Of a stretch of 64,000 nucleotides of DNA, positions 62,997-64,000 are shown piece by piece. The DNA is taken from NCBI GenBank assembly GCA_963779755.1, contig CAVZZO010000003.1, forward strand, positions 800,001 through 864,000, read 5' to 3'. The notes beneath the pieces are model-generated. The model saw only the letters and a list, made by a program, of their open reading frames with translations, did no database searches and was not told the origin of the DNA. The first letter of the stretch is position 1. Each line of letters opens with the position of its first letter. Source of the DNA: an uncultured Gemmatimonadales bacterium. Lineage in GTDB: Bacteria; Gemmatimonadota; Gemmatimonadetes; Gemmatimonadales; GWC2-71-9. A program made the translations under genes and the position numbers.

Positions 62997-63809
62997 ATGA
63001 ACCGCCGTTTCGGACTGCTGGCGCTGCTATGCACCCTGCCGGCCACCCTCCAGGCCCAGGGCCTCTACCGGGATCTCCACGAGTACCTCAAGTCCAGACC
63101 GGCTCCGGTCGTGGCCGATTCGGTCCGCTGGCGGGCGGGTGGCGAGCTCTCCTTTACCGACGTGAGCGGCAACAAGTCGCTCTCGCTGCTCACCACCGGG
63201 CTCAACCTGCGCCGGGACGGCGGGCACACCTGGGCGCTGACGACCGGGATCGGCGTGCGTTACGGCCGCAGCGACGGCCAGCTGGCCGCCGAGAGCTACG
63301 ATGCCCAGGCCGATTTCCGGGTATTACCGCAGGCCGGCATCTCGCCCTTCGTCTACCTCAAGGGCTCGCGCGACGAGGTCCGGAACCTCAACCTCCGCCT
63401 GGCGGCGGCGGTCGGCGCGGAGGCCAACGTCTACCGCCACGGCGGGGGCCGGGTGTCGCTGGGACTGGCGCTGCTGCAGGATTACGAAGCGCGCGACATC
63501 CCGGACACCAGCGCCGCCCCGCGTACCGTCAGTCTCACCCGGTTCAACCTCCGGGCCTCGGCAACCACCACGCTGCGCCGGGACGTCGTGGCCGAGCACC
63601 GCTCCATGCTGGAGCCGGCGGCGAATGATCTGGGCGACTACCTCTTCACCTCCACCACGTCGGTCCGGGTGCTGCTGGGCAGCGGCCTCGCCCTGCAGAC
63701 CTCCTACATCTACAACCGCGACGCGACGCCGGCTCCCGGCGTGCTCTTCAAGGACGACCGGACCCTGACGGTGGGGTTGGTGGTAAACCTGGCGGGAGGG
63801 GGAGTGTAG
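62997..63809 (+). CDS. DUF481-like outer-membrane beta-barrel protein
   Basis: Signal peptide LQA-Q; alternating beta strands, SGNK, C-terminal DRTLTVGLVV. Confidence 0.75.
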   Translation: MNRRFGLLALLCTLPATLQAQGLYRDLHEYLKSRPAPVVADSVRWRAGGELSFTDVSGNKSLSLLTTGLNLRRDGGHTWALTTGIGVRYGRSDGQLAAESYDAQADFRVLPQAGISPFVYLKGSRDEVRNLNLRLAAAVGAEANVYRHGGGRVSLGLALLQDYEARDIPDTSAAPRTVSLTRFNLRASATTTLRRDVVAEHRSMLEPAANDLGDYLFTSTTSVRVLLGSGLALQTSYIYNRDATPAPGVLFKDDRTLTVGLVVNLAGGGV

Positions 63810-63831
63810 ACGGCGGGGAAAGGGAAACGGG

Positions 63832-64000
63832 CTACTCCGTCGCGAACTCCTGCTCCGCCGGAAAGGGCTCGACGTTGAGCAGCCAGAACCCGGCCAGCCG
63901 CCGCGTCCGGTCGACCTCGATCAGCAGGTTATCGGCCACCCGTACCACCTCCACGGGCCGCTTCTCACCCAGCCGCAGATGAAAGACGCTTTCCCGGGCG
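63832..64000 (-). CDS. Hypothetical protein, 3' part only
   Basis: Manual translation ...ESVFHLRLGEKRPVEVVRVADNLLIEVDRTRRLAGFWLLNVEPFPAEQEFATE*. Confidence 0.6.
   Translation of the reverse strand, partial: ARESVFHLRLGEKRPVEVVRVADNLLIEVDRTRRLAGFWLLNVEPFPAEQEFATE

Overview
GC-rich bacterial chromosomal segment; gene content looks Gemmatimonadota-like, which is my inference and not proven from this window. The flanks (1-22.2 kb and 37.6-64 kb) are mostly housekeeping or metabolic. Left flank: copper P-type ATPase 5' end, DGQHR protein, SSADH, vapBC, CocE hydrolase, MATE, glpK, mtnA, recF-dciA-gyrB, pyrimidine-nucleoside phosphorylase. Right flank: ligA, tldD/tldE, acyl-CoA ligase, M23 peptidase, a PTPS-folE-SDR pterin operon preceded by a probable 6S RNA, and an archaeal-style nurA-herA...mre11-rad50 cluster. 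Intergenic spaces carry many 7-9 bp tandem or inverted repeat elements. The stand-out feature is a ~15 kb, visibly less GC-rich block (22.2-37.6 kb). It is built from a tandemly repeated three-gene module: [DsbA-like CPFC thioredoxin lipoprotein] -> [small Cys-rich lipoprotein with a conserved 6-Cys N-domain and variable Cys-rich C-tail] -> [large exported GWxTD-like protein]. Four modules plus remnants of a fifth are visible. They show cognate co-variation, mosaic recombination, deletions, frameshifts and a clean IS256 insertion (27-bp IRs, 8-bp TSD) into one Cys-rich gene. I do not recognise this module as a described system, but novelty needs a database search.
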